This document shows positions 9,817 through 18,968 of a DNA stretch of 64,000 bases, in pieces. This DNA comes from an uncultured Bacteroidales bacterium (lineage in GTDB: Bacteria > Bacteroidota > Bacteroidia > Bacteroidales > UBA7960), in contig CAZBGI010000002.1 in assembly GCA_964491395.1 (NCBI GenBank), forward strand, positions 51,768-115,767. The letters are read 5' to 3'. Every line of letters starts with the position of its first letter. The first letter of the stretch is position 1. A program made the translations under genes and the position numbers. The notes under the pieces were generated by a model. The model was given only the letters and a program-made list of their open reading frames with translations, was not told the DNA's origin and searched no databases.

Positions 9817-11142
9817 CTATTCGATGGTAACGCGAATACGCTTGATCCTTCGGTTATCTACGGCATCAACAATCAGATGAAAGCCCTCGAACTGGATTTT
9901 TTCTCCCTTGAAAGGCAACTCCTGCTTTACTTCGAGAATGAGGCCGGCCAGTGTATCGGCTTCTCCCTTAATTTCATTAAACCTGGCATAGTCGATGCCG
10001 GTTATTTTGCAAAAATCTTTTAGCAAAGTACGTCCTTCAAAAACATAGTTCTTGCTGTCTACTTTCGAATATATCGTTTCTTCGATATCAAACTCATCAT
10101 TGATTTCTCCTACAATCTCTTCAAGGATATCCTCAAGAGTTATGATACCCGATGTGCCTCCATATTCATCTACCACGATGGCCATGTGGATTTTCTTTTC
10201 CTGAAATTCTTTCAGCAGATCATTGATTTTTTTGCTTTCCGGAACAAAAAAGCAGTTACGGATAAGACTTACCCATCTGAAGTCGGGGCCTGCGTCAAGG
10301 TGAGGCAGCAAATCTTTGATGTACAGGATGCCGATAACGTTGTCGAAATTTTCTTTATAAACCGGTATGCGACTGTAGCCGGCTTCCACAATAGTTTTGA
10401 TGAGCTCATGAAAAGGGGTGTTTTCGTCAACTGCTACAACATCCATCCGGCTCTTCATAATTTCCCTTGCATAAATGTTGTGGAACTGCACAATGCCGTA
10501 AAGCAACTGCCTATCCTCTTCTGTGCCTTTTTCTTCATGGGCAATATCTATGGCATGCGAAAGTTCATCGGCACTGAGCTCTGTTTTTTTTGCTTTGAGT
10601 TTTTTGTCAATAGAGCTGGTGGTTTTAACCAGCAGCGAACTCAAAGGATAAAAGAGTGTGCGAAAAACCATCAGGGTGCCTGACATCCTCAGCGAGAATT
10701 TAAGCGCATTTTGGGTGGCATATACCTTGGGCAATACTTCAGCAAACAACAGCAGAAGAAAGGTAACAGCAATTACCTGGACAATAAGTCCGGAAACCAG
10801 GTAATCCTCAAAATTTAAAATGTTGGTGAGAACATACGTAGAAAGAATAATAACCGCAATGTTGACCACCTTGTTGGTGATAAGAATGGTGGCAAGCAAC
10901 TGTTTGGGACTTTCTATCAGGTGAATAATCCTCAGGGCACGTGTACCACCCTTTTCACGCAGGTTTTCTAACTGGGAATGTTTCAGGGAGAAAAATGCAA
11001 TTTCCGAACCCGATACCAGGGCCGACAGGACCAGCAATAGAACCATTACAAGCAATCCTAACGCTGCTTCGGTATTAAAGGTGTGGAAAAACGACAGTAG
11101 AATTGAAACAAAACACGAATAAGGCTCAGGTGAATCTTCCAA
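9817..11142 (-). CDS. gldE: gliding motility-associated protein GldE (CNNM/DUF21 - CBS pair - CorC_HlyC)
   Basis: N-terminal DUF21 membrane domain ([14 protein letters not shown]), a tandem CBS region and a C-terminal CorC/HlyC transporter-associated domain. Adjacent to gldD. TTG start at 11142. Confidence 0.75.
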   Translation of the reverse strand: MEDSPEPYSCFVSILLSFFHTFNTEAALGLLVMVLLLVLSALVSGSEIAFFSLKHSQLENLREKGGTRALRIIHLIESPKQLLATILITNKVVNIAVIILSTYVLTNILNFEDYLVSGLIVQVIAVTFLLLLFAEVLPKVYATQNALKFSLRMSGTLMVFRTLFYPLSSLLVKTTSSIDKKLKAKKTELSADELSHAIDIAHEEKGTEEDRQLLYGIVQFHNIYAREIMKSRMDVVAVDENTPFHELIKTIVEAGYSRIPVYKENFDNVIGILYIKDLLPHLDAGPDFRWVSLIRNCFFVPESKKINDLLKEFQEKKIHMAIVVDEYGGTSGIITLEDILEEIVGEINDEFDIEETIYSKVDSKNYVFEGRTLLKDFCKITGIDYARFNEIKGEADTLAGLILEVKQELPFKGEKIQFEGFHLIVDAVDNRRIKRIRVTIE

Positions 11143-11166
11143 TGTATAATAGCTTTGATTTCATTG

Positions 11167-11174
11167 CAAAAGTA
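11167..11174 (-). promoter_or_regulatory. Bacteroidota-type -7 box for gldE
   Basis: Plus-strand CAAAAGTA, which is TACTTTTG on the minus strand, 25 nt upstream of the gldE start. Confidence 0.45.
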
Positions 11175-11226
11175 ATACAAAATTGATCACAAAATCAACA
11201 ATTTGTTGATTATATACTTTTTACCG

Positions 11227-11234
11227 TAATTTTG
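11227..11234 (+). promoter_or_regulatory. Bacteroidota-type -7 box for the nucleotidyltransferase-like gene
   Basis: TAATTTTG, 81 nt upstream of ATG 11315. Confidence 0.4.
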
Positions 11235-11314
11235 CAGACAACCCATGTTAATTATCAATCTGCCGGTAAGGATTGCAAGATAACCCAGGCAGGAGGAAGA
11301 ACCAAAGCATATTC

Positions 11315-12427
11315 ATGGATAAAGCTGGCATGTACTATCTTTCAGGTCAGATTCTGGCCCTTGATTGCATCCCGGAAAACCGGGAAAAGATTGCTGCTGT
11401 TTTTCTTTCTTCATCCATGAACTGGAATGGTTTCGTGAAAATGGGCAGCGATAACTATGTGTTACCTGCCCTGTACCTCAAACTTCAGCAGTACAACCTC
11501 ACCCCTTATTTGCCTGAGCCACTCAATGAGTACCTGCAGGAAGTGCTCGCCCTTAACAGGGAAAGAAATCTTAGTGTTATGAGGGAAGCCGTTTTGGTGA
11601 GAGATGTTTTTCTGAAGGAGAATATAGAGTGTCTGTTTATGAAAGGTACCGGGAACATACTGGATGGATTATACAGCGACATCGGCGAACGGATGCTGTA
11701 TGACCTGGATGTGCTGGTAGGAGAAGGAAACATGCTTAAGGCCGCCGGAGTATTGAGGAATCATGGCTTTTTCACGCAAAAAGAATTCATTCCCCGCGCC
11801 GTGGAATCAACGATGCATTACCCCATTCTTTTGCGCAGCGATTTGGTGGCAGGCGTTGAAATTCACCGTATGGCGGTGCAATACCTCTATCAAAACAAGT
11901 TCTCAAATCAGCGAATCCTTGAGAACAGAGTTGCAGCAAATAAGGAAAAAGGTTTTTGGCTTATGCAGCCCGCCGACAGGCTCGTCCACAATTTCCTTCA
12001 TGCGCAGCTGATGCATAGCGGGCACTATCATGCCGATGTTTCTTTGCGCGATCTTTATGATTTACTCTTGCTGAGTCGCAAAGTGGATGCATTGGATACT
12101 TTTTTGCACTTCGGGCATTACAAACAAGCCTCCCTGGCATATCTGAAGCTGATGCATAAGGTTTTTGGATTGCCAATGCCCCGGCAACTGGCATCCTCAA
12201 AATACGGATATTTTTTCCTTAAAAGACATCAGGTTACATTGCAGATGAGTAGTGCACAATTGCGCCGCTATCATCTGCTTATCATGTTTTTTCAGAAATA
12301 TGGGGTGTTGCCTCTTAGGGTACTATGGAGTCGCAAAGCGCGCAATTATGTTTTTTCACGATTAAGCAATCGCAATTGGTATCACGAGCATTGGGAAGCC
12401 ATTAAGCGCCTTTTGCGCAAAAAGTAA
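11315..12427 (+). CDS. uncharacterised nucleotidyltransferase family protein (NTP_transf_5-like)
   Basis: RMLYDLDVLV and the surrounding pattern resemble the PF14907 uncharacterised nucleotidyltransferase family. The ORF track starts at a TTG (11273); I prefer the first ATG at 11315, 81 nt downstream of a -7 box. Confidence 0.45.
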   Translation: MDKAGMYYLSGQILALDCIPENREKIAAVFLSSSMNWNGFVKMGSDNYVLPALYLKLQQYNLTPYLPEPLNEYLQEVLALNRERNLSVMREAVLVRDVFLKENIECLFMKGTGNILDGLYSDIGERMLYDLDVLVGEGNMLKAAGVLRNHGFFTQKEFIPRAVESTMHYPILLRSDLVAGVEIHRMAVQYLYQNKFSNQRILENRVAANKEKGFWLMQPADRLVHNFLHAQLMHSGHYHADVSLRDLYDLLLLSRKVDALDTFLHFGHYKQASLAYLKLMHKVFGLPMPRQLASSKYGYFFLKRHQVTLQMSSAQLRRYHLLIMFFQKYGVLPLRVLWSRKARNYVFSRLSNRNWYHEHWEAIKRLLRKK

Positions 12428-12428
12428 T

Positions 12429-13274
12429 TTACTTCAATTCATTGATTAGATTATCCACCAACCTGCTGGCTCCAATTCTCAGCCAGTTTTTGCTGAGCCA
12501 TTCATTGCCCAGCGTCTCTTCGGTAAGGATATAATACTTCAGGGCCGTTTCTGCATCACTGATGCCACCTGCCGGTTTGATTCCTACCATTTTTCCTGTT
12601 TCATTGAAGTGGTCTTTGATGGCCTCCAGCATCACCAGCATGGCCTTCTCTGTGGCTGCGGGTTGTATTTTGCCGGTTGAAGTTTTTATGAAATCACCTC
12701 CTGCTTTGATGGCGATTTCACTTGCACGCCTGATCAGGGTTGCTGTCTTTAACTCTCCGGTTTCCAGTATAACCTTGAGATGGGCATTGCCGCAGGCTTC
12801 CTTGATAGCTGCTATTTCATCAAAAACGCGGTTGTATTCTCCCTGTAAAAAGCTGCCTCTCGAAATAACCATATCAATTTCATCGGCTCCTTCTTCAACC
12901 GTATATTTTACCTCTGCAACTTTGATATGGATGGGGGATTGGCCGGCAGGAAATGCTCCCGCAACGGATGCTACCTTTAGCCGGCTTCCTTCAAGGGCTT
13001 TACGGGCAGTGGCCACGAGGGTTGGGTAAACACACACGGCTGCCACATTGGGAAGTCCAAGCCCCAGCTTGTCAATAGTCATTCCTTTCTGGCACATGGC
13101 GCGCACTTTCTCATCTGTATCAGCTCCCTCCAGGGTGGTGAGATCTATCATCCCCATTAGCGTGGAAAGGGCTTTTTTTCGGTCAATGGTACCTAACCGG
13201 GGGTTAATCATTTCTTTTACTTTCTGCTCCATGGTTTCATCGGAGAGAGAAATTGTCTTGCTGAAGTCTTGCAT
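12429..13274 (-). CDS. deoC: deoxyribose-phosphate aldolase
   Basis: GADEIDMVI, LKVILETGEL and FIKTSTGK (Schiff-base lysine) are DeoC signatures. This is the long (about 280 aa) form. Confidence 0.85.
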   Translation of the reverse strand: MQDFSKTISLSDETMEQKVKEMINPRLGTIDRKKALSTLMGMIDLTTLEGADTDEKVRAMCQKGMTIDKLGLGLPNVAAVCVYPTLVATARKALEGSRLKVASVAGAFPAGQSPIHIKVAEVKYTVEEGADEIDMVISRGSFLQGEYNRVFDEIAAIKEACGNAHLKVILETGELKTATLIRRASEIAIKAGGDFIKTSTGKIQPAATEKAMLVMLEAIKDHFNETGKMVGIKPAGGISDAETALKYYILTEETLGNEWLSKNWLRIGASRLVDNLINELK

Positions 13275-13359
13275 ATTATATTTTTATTATTACCGTGTCT
13301 TGTGGAGAAACCCATTGAGTGCCTCTCCTTCATGCGAATCACCCCCAAAAATGGCTTCA

Positions 13360-15825
13360 CTACCTGATAATGGCATCCAGTTCTTTTTGCAGTGTTTTGG
13401 AAATCCGATTCATTACTTTGTCTATTTCTTTATCAGTAAGGGTTTTCTTATCATCAATAAGGGTAAAGCTCATAGCATAAGATTTTTTGTCAGAGCCCAT
13501 TTTTTCATCCTTATATATGTCGAAAAGACGAACTTTTTTCAGCAATCTTTTTTCCGCTGTTTTTGCCAGCTTTTCTATATCGCTGAATTTTACGTTGTTA
13601 TTGATAAGCAAGGCAAGGTCTCTTCTTACCTCTGGAAATTTGGGTATTTCTGTGTATTGAATCAGGTTTTTATCTTGTAATTCAACTACCAGTTTCCAGT
13701 TTACCGAGGCATAAAAAACTTCCTGTTTCAGGTCGAATGACTTGAGGAAGCTTCTGGATACTTCTCCCAGTTCAAGCAATGTTTCTCCGTTAAACTGGTA
13801 TGCGATACCTGCTTCCAGGAATCCTTCACCCTGGATTTCCTTAGCTGTAGTATCTTCGATGTGGATGTTCATTTTTTGCAACAATACCATCACCTCAGCT
13901 TTTAAATCAAACAGGGTAAGGGGGGTTGATTTGGCGTGCCAGCTTTCCGCTTGCCGGTTACCTGTCATAAAAAGAGCAAGCATTCTTTGTTCCCTGTAGC
14001 CGGGTAATTTCAGCGGCCCTCCTTCAGCAGGGGGTGTTTCTTTGAAATAGACTTTGCCAAATTCATAGATTTTCAGGTCTGAAATCCTGCGATTTTGATT
14101 CCAGGCAATGGTTTCCATGCCTCCGAAAAAGAGACTCTGACGCATCACACCCAAATCCTGGCTCAGAGGATTGAGAATATGGACGATGCTTTGCGGCTGG
14201 AAAATCTCACTTTGGTAATAGGCTGCCCTGGTAAGAGAATTGTTCATGATTTCATTGAATCCCCGGCTGCTGAGAATATCTGAAGCAATGTTCTGCAATT
14301 TTTCTTTGTCGGGTTTGGGTGAGGAAACAATAGAAGCATGCAACCTTTCGGGCAGTTCAATGTTGTTGTAACCGTAAATCCGCAGTATTTCTTCCACAAC
14401 ATCGGCTTCACGCGTTACATCTACCCTGTAGGGAGGAACTTCCAGTGTTAGCTCTTCTTCTGTTTCTTTGAGGATGTTGATTTCCAGGGAATGAAGAATG
14501 CTTTTGAGGGTTTCCTTCTCAAGGGTTTTACCCATGAGGCGAAAAGCGGATTCATACCCGAAGGTAACCGTGAAGGGCTTTACAGGGGCAGGATAAACAT
14601 CCATTATTTCGGAAGTTATTTTGCCTCCGGCCAATTCCTTGATCAATAAAGCGGCACGTTTCAGGGCATACAAGGTCATTTCCGGGTCGGCACCTCTTTC
14701 GAAACGGAAGGACGAATCTGTGTTGATGGTATGATGTTTCGAGGACTTGCGAATTCCGGAAGGTTCGAAGAAGGCACTCTCAAGGAAAACAGAATCGGTG
14801 GATTCCGTTACGCCGAAGTCAATACCTCCCAGGATTCCGGCCATGCACATGGGTTCTTTTTCATTGCAAATCATCAAATCATTGCCTGTCAGCTTCAGTT
14901 CTTCATCCTCCAGGGTTACAAACGGAGTGTCTTTTTGGGGTTTTTCTATAATTACTTTGTTGCCCGCAATTTTAGCAGCATCAAATGCATGCAAAGGCTG
15001 GCCGGTTTCGTGTAACACAAAATTGGTGATATCTACCACATTGTTGATGGATTTCAGACCTATGGTCTTCAACCGGTTTTTGAGCCAGTCGGGTGATTCC
15101 TGTATTTTTATTCCCGAAATACATAAACCTGAATACCGGGGGCATGCGGCACTGTCTTTAATGGTAAGGGTTATATCGGCAGTGTTTTCATCGGGTTTGA
15201 AATGGCTGACATCGGGTTTTTGAGCGGTTATTCTGGTGCCGGGTTTCAGGTGATTGATTACTGCTGCCAGGTCTCGGGCTACTCCGTAATGAGAAGCAGC
15301 GTCAATGCGGTTGGGAGTAAGGCCAATTTCTATACAGTAATCTTCTTCTACGTTGAAGTAATCAGCAGCCAGGGTTCCGGTTTCTACAGAGGAGTTGAGC
15401 ACCATAATACCCTCATGGGAAGTGCCCAGACCCAGTTCGTCTTCGGCGCATATCATTCCTCTTGATTCCTGGCCTCTTATTTTTGCTTTCTTTATCTGAA
15501 AACTTTCTCCCGATGAAGTATATAATGTTGTTCCTACAGGGGCTACCACGACCTTCTGACCAGTGGCCACGTTAGGGGCTCCACAAACGATAGGCAACAC
15601 TTCGGTTCCTATATCTACAGTAGTCAGGCTGAGGCGATCAGCATCCGGGTGTTTCTCACAGGTAAGCACTTTGCCAATCACGATACCTTTCAATCCTCCT
15701 TTTACCGATTCTGTTTTTTCAAGCGATTCTACTTCCAATCCGCAATCGGTTAGTAACCGCGCTATTGTCTCCGGGGTTTCATCAATCTGAATGTAATTCT
15801 TGAGCCAATTGAGAGAAATCTTCAT
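13360..15825 (-). CDS. pheT: phenylalanine--tRNA ligase beta subunit
   Basis: 821 aa. N-terminal MKISLNWLK.. tRNA-binding domain, B3/4 and B5 domains, and a C-terminal FDX-ACB domain (DIYKDEKMGSDKKSYAMSFTL). Confidence 0.95.
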   Translation of the reverse strand: MKISLNWLKNYIQIDETPETIARLLTDCGLEVESLEKTESVKGGLKGIVIGKVLTCEKHPDADRLSLTTVDIGTEVLPIVCGAPNVATGQKVVVAPVGTTLYTSSGESFQIKKAKIRGQESRGMICAEDELGLGTSHEGIMVLNSSVETGTLAADYFNVEEDYCIEIGLTPNRIDAASHYGVARDLAAVINHLKPGTRITAQKPDVSHFKPDENTADITLTIKDSAACPRYSGLCISGIKIQESPDWLKNRLKTIGLKSINNVVDITNFVLHETGQPLHAFDAAKIAGNKVIIEKPQKDTPFVTLEDEELKLTGNDLMICNEKEPMCMAGILGGIDFGVTESTDSVFLESAFFEPSGIRKSSKHHTINTDSSFRFERGADPEMTLYALKRAALLIKELAGGKITSEIMDVYPAPVKPFTVTFGYESAFRLMGKTLEKETLKSILHSLEINILKETEEELTLEVPPYRVDVTREADVVEEILRIYGYNNIELPERLHASIVSSPKPDKEKLQNIASDILSSRGFNEIMNNSLTRAAYYQSEIFQPQSIVHILNPLSQDLGVMRQSLFFGGMETIAWNQNRRISDLKIYEFGKVYFKETPPAEGGPLKLPGYREQRMLALFMTGNRQAESWHAKSTPLTLFDLKAEVMVLLQKMNIHIEDTTAKEIQGEGFLEAGIAYQFNGETLLELGEVSRSFLKSFDLKQEVFYASVNWKLVVELQDKNLIQYTEIPKFPEVRRDLALLINNNVKFSDIEKLAKTAEKRLLKKVRLFDIYKDEKMGSDKKSYAMSFTLIDDKKTLTDKEIDKVMNRISKTLQKELDAIIR

Positions 15826-15921
15826 AAAAGTATGTTGTTAAGTTTTAAGCAATGTGTCAAAAAAAAAGGGCAACTTTGCCAGGCACATGGGTGCTTTGTC
15901 GAAAAGGCAGCACAAGGAGCA

Positions 15922-15929
15922 CAAAAGTA
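15922..15929 (-). promoter_or_regulatory. Bacteroidota-type -7 box for pheT
   Basis: Plus-strand CAAAAGTA, which is TACTTTTG on the minus strand, between the upstream terminator and the pheT start (97 nt). Confidence 0.4.
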
Positions 15930-15943
15930 ATAATTTTGCCCCA

Positions 15944-15980
15944 TAAAAAAACCGGAAGGATTTTCTCATCTTCCGGTTTC
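15944..15980 (-). terminator. intrinsic terminator after coiled-coil paralogue A (minus strand)
   Basis: Stem ACCGGAAG (15951-15958) / CTTCCGGT (15970-15977). On the minus strand the hairpin is followed by a T-run (the A-run 15944-15950 on the plus strand). Confidence 0.75.
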
Positions 15981-16012
15981 ACTTGATTTGTTGTTTCAGT
16001 TGGTGACAATTC

Positions 16013-16963
16013 TTAATCGAGCTGGAAAAGTTTATATCCTATTTCTCTTCCTTCAGAAAATACAACAACGTTGTAATATCCTTTCTCAAATCTTTCGTCC
16101 TGATCCCATACCATACACACTTCCTGAGAGTCATTCTGGAAATTAACGGTTCGTTTGAGCGTGTATTGAATTGTTTCGCCTTCAAACTCAATGGTATTGT
16201 CGGGTGAAGTGGTCATTACCTGGTTGCTGGGATTAATCAGGCGAACAAAAAAATCGCGGTTGCCCGGGTTGGCCACCAGGTTTTCATTGATGGTGAAGCA
16301 AATGCTTATTTTGTCGGTTTTTCGCGCTTTAGTGGTAGGTTCGTCACCTTTTCTTTTTTCCCGCAGGGCAGTACCTTCCAGATCACTGATGGTAAGAATG
16401 GAGGCTTTTTCGACCTGTTGTTCGAGCTCCTCTGCTTTATTTTCCAGTTGCTCAGTGCGTGAGGAAGTCTGTGCCAGTGATTCGCGAATCTGAGCATTTT
16501 CGCTGGTAAGTACATTGTTTTCTTCTTCAGAAACTTCCAGCTGGTTCTGATAGTTTTCCAGCTGCTCTTCCAGTTCTTCTATACGCTGTCGGTATTGTTC
16601 TATGCCATTACCTTCACCTGTGGAGTCATCGCCATGAAGGCGTGTCCTAAGTTGATATACTCTTCTGCGTTCGGTTGCCAGCTGTGCTTCAAATTGTTGG
16701 TTTGCTGCCGATAGCTGGGCGTACTTTTCTTCCAGCTCATCGAGTTGCATCAACAATAACTCTTTTTCTTCTGTGACATTTTTTATTTCAATGGCTGCCA
16801 CCTGTGCATCGTATTTGGCCGAAAGCATTTGCCTTAACAGCAAGGCTCCTCCCAAAGCTAATAATACCGCTAATACTGCCAGGAATATAACAACAGCTGA
16901 ACCACTACCATTGCGAGCAGGCTCATGATAAGTGGTCTCTTTTTCATTCATATTTTCTTCCAT
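16013..16963 (-). CDS. hypothetical membrane-anchored coiled-coil protein (paralogue A)
   Basis: One TM helix (VVIFLAVLAVLLALGGALLL), about 170 aa of E/Q/L-rich heptad sequence, and a beta-rich C-terminal domain of about 100 aa that aligns with the upstream ORF. An intrinsic terminator follows. Confidence 0.6.
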   Translation of the reverse strand: MEENMNEKETTYHEPARNGSGSAVVIFLAVLAVLLALGGALLLRQMLSAKYDAQVAAIEIKNVTEEKELLLMQLDELEEKYAQLSAANQQFEAQLATERRRVYQLRTRLHGDDSTGEGNGIEQYRQRIEELEEQLENYQNQLEVSEEENNVLTSENAQIRESLAQTSSRTEQLENKAEELEQQVEKASILTISDLEGTALREKRKGDEPTTKARKTDKISICFTINENLVANPGNRDFFVRLINPSNQVMTTSPDNTIEFEGETIQYTLKRTVNFQNDSQEVCMVWDQDERFEKGYYNVVVFSEGREIGYKLFQLD

Positions 16964-17020
16964 AACAACAATCTTTTAGTGTGTAATAATTTCGTAGTGC
17001 ACAGTCAGCAAAAATTGCCA

Positions 17021-17965
17021 TTAGCGCAATGAAAACTGGGTTTCACCAAGTCTGAATTCATCCGTGAAAATAGACACAAGGTACATGCCTTCTTCAAAAT
17101 CATCCTGTTTATCCCAATAGAGACATAGTTCTGTATCCTGATTGTCATAATTGAATTGTCCTCTCAGAGAATATTGAAGGGTATCTTCTTCAAATGTAAA
17201 GGAATAGCGGTCATCATCGCCCAGTCTCAGGATGTTGCCATCAGGCTCGGCAATCCTTACGTAGGCATTCTTGCTTCCCGGATTGGCAACGGGGTTGGCT
17301 GCAACGGTAAAGCAAACCTTGATGCGATCTATTCGACGTGCCCGGTCAGTTTCAACCTCTCTGCTACGGCCTCTCAGGCGAATAGGAGTAGCATCGATTT
17401 GGTAAGCTCTCAGGGCAGAAGCTACCTCAACTTTTCCTTCAAGCTCATCTTTGGTTTCGGCCAGTTGGGTGGTTTGACGGGTTACACGCTGAATTTCCTC
17501 CTTCATTTCAACATTTTCCGCTTTTAAAACATGATTTTCTGTGTACAAACTGTCTATCTCCTGAACGTAATTCTGGGTAATCTCTCTCAGGACATTGAGC
17601 TGTCTGCGTATACGACGATAGTCACTTTGCTGGGCGATAAGCCTTTCAATTTCGCGGGCATTGACCTGGATGATACTGTCTTGTTTGGTAAGAACACTGT
17701 CGTACTCAAATTTTACCATATTATACTCGGTCAAAACATCGTTGAGTTCTTCCTTTAATTCCGTGTTAAGGTCATCTGCAACGGTTTTTTCCGTTGAAAC
17801 CTCTTGCAACGTCTGACGACTGGTAATGAGCATAAAAGTGAGTACCCCGATAATTATTACCAGTACAAGGATGGTTCCCTTGTAAATATTTTCATTGCGG
17901 TTTTTTAGGTCAGCTTTATCGCTTCTGTTTGTCAATGGTTGGTTGGATTTGTTTCTAGTGTCCAT
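17021..17965 (-). CDS. hypothetical membrane-anchored coiled-coil protein (paralogue B)
   Basis: Same architecture as 16013-16963 (TM helix ILVLVIIIGVLTFMLI). The C-terminal domains align, for example DRIKVCFTVAANPVANPGSKNAYVRI vs DKISICFTINENLVANPGNRDFFVRL. Confidence 0.6.
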   Translation of the reverse strand: MDTRNKSNQPLTNRSDKADLKNRNENIYKGTILVLVIIIGVLTFMLITSRQTLQEVSTEKTVADDLNTELKEELNDVLTEYNMVKFEYDSVLTKQDSIIQVNAREIERLIAQQSDYRRIRRQLNVLREITQNYVQEIDSLYTENHVLKAENVEMKEEIQRVTRQTTQLAETKDELEGKVEVASALRAYQIDATPIRLRGRSREVETDRARRIDRIKVCFTVAANPVANPGSKNAYVRIAEPDGNILRLGDDDRYSFTFEEDTLQYSLRGQFNYDNQDTELCLYWDKQDDFEEGMYLVSIFTDEFRLGETQFSLR

Positions 17966-18259
17966 TTAGTAAGATAATGATTTAATGGGTTTGTAATAAA
18001 TGTTCTGGCACAAAAGTCTCTTACTTATTATCTGTAATACGCAAAAAATAACTATGGGTTTCTTTTGCCGCCAAATAGGCAATAGACTGCTCTTTTTGAT
18101 TGTTGGGTTTAATTTGTTTTTTCTTGTGCAAATTTATATTATTTTTATGATTAAAGCTTGTTTTCAATAATTTAAGCATGGGTTTTTACGCTTATGAAGG
18201 AACTGAGATAAAATAATTGTTACGGATGCTAAAAACAAGTATAACTAAGTGGATTGGTC

Positions 18260-18967
18260 ATGATGGTGCTAGGAAAAATAAAGTCTTACACAAATGATTT
18301 CTTGTCACTGTTTTATCCCCGTTTATGCAATGGTTGCAAGCGGGCATTAATCCAGGATGAAGAATGTCTTTGCAGTTTTTGCCGGTACGAACTTCCTCTT
18401 ACGCGGTTTCACAACGACAGGGAAAATACAATGGCCCGGATTTTCTGGGGTCGGGTTGATATTGAAACGGCTACTGCGTTGTTTTATTTTCAGAAGGGAG
18501 GGACTGTTCAACATTTGATTCATAATTTTAAATACAAGGGAAAAACTGAAATAGGAATTTACCTTGGCAGGATGTTGGGTCGTCAGTTGAAAGATCAACC
18601 TGTATGGGAACCTATTGATGAAATTGTTCCCGTTCCTTTGCATGAAAAAAAGCAATTCAAGCGGGGTTTCAATCAAAGTGAAATGTTTGGGCGGGGAATT
18701 CGTGAATCTTTCGGCAGGCCCATGCACCTCAACAATCTTGTGCGTGTTACCAAAACGGATACACAAACCCGGAAAGGGCGGTTCAAGAGATGGGAAAATG
18801 TTGAAACCGTGTTTAGTGTTCAAAAGCCTGAGGCTTTCAGGGGGAAAAACATTTTGCTGATAGATGATGTTATCACTACCGGCTCAACTCTTGAAGCTTG
18901 CGCCCAAAAGCTCAAAGCCATCAAAGGAGTGAGGGTTTGGGTGGCTACTATTGCCATGTCGGTATAA
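18260..18967 (+). CDS. comF: ComF family protein (phosphoribosyltransferase-like)
   Basis: N-terminal Cys pairs (CNGC..CSFC) and the C-terminal PRTase motif ILLIDDVITTGSTLEAC. The ORF track begins at TTG 18254; the first ATG is at 18260. Confidence 0.8.
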   Translation: MMVLGKIKSYTNDFLSLFYPRLCNGCKRALIQDEECLCSFCRYELPLTRFHNDRENTMARIFWGRVDIETATALFYFQKGGTVQHLIHNFKYKGKTEIGIYLGRMLGRQLKDQPVWEPIDEIVPVPLHEKKQFKRGFNQSEMFGRGIRESFGRPMHLNNLVRVTKTDTQTRKGRFKRWENVETVFSVQKPEAFRGKNILLIDDVITTGSTLEACAQKLKAIKGVRVWVATIAMSV

Positions 18968-18968
18968 A

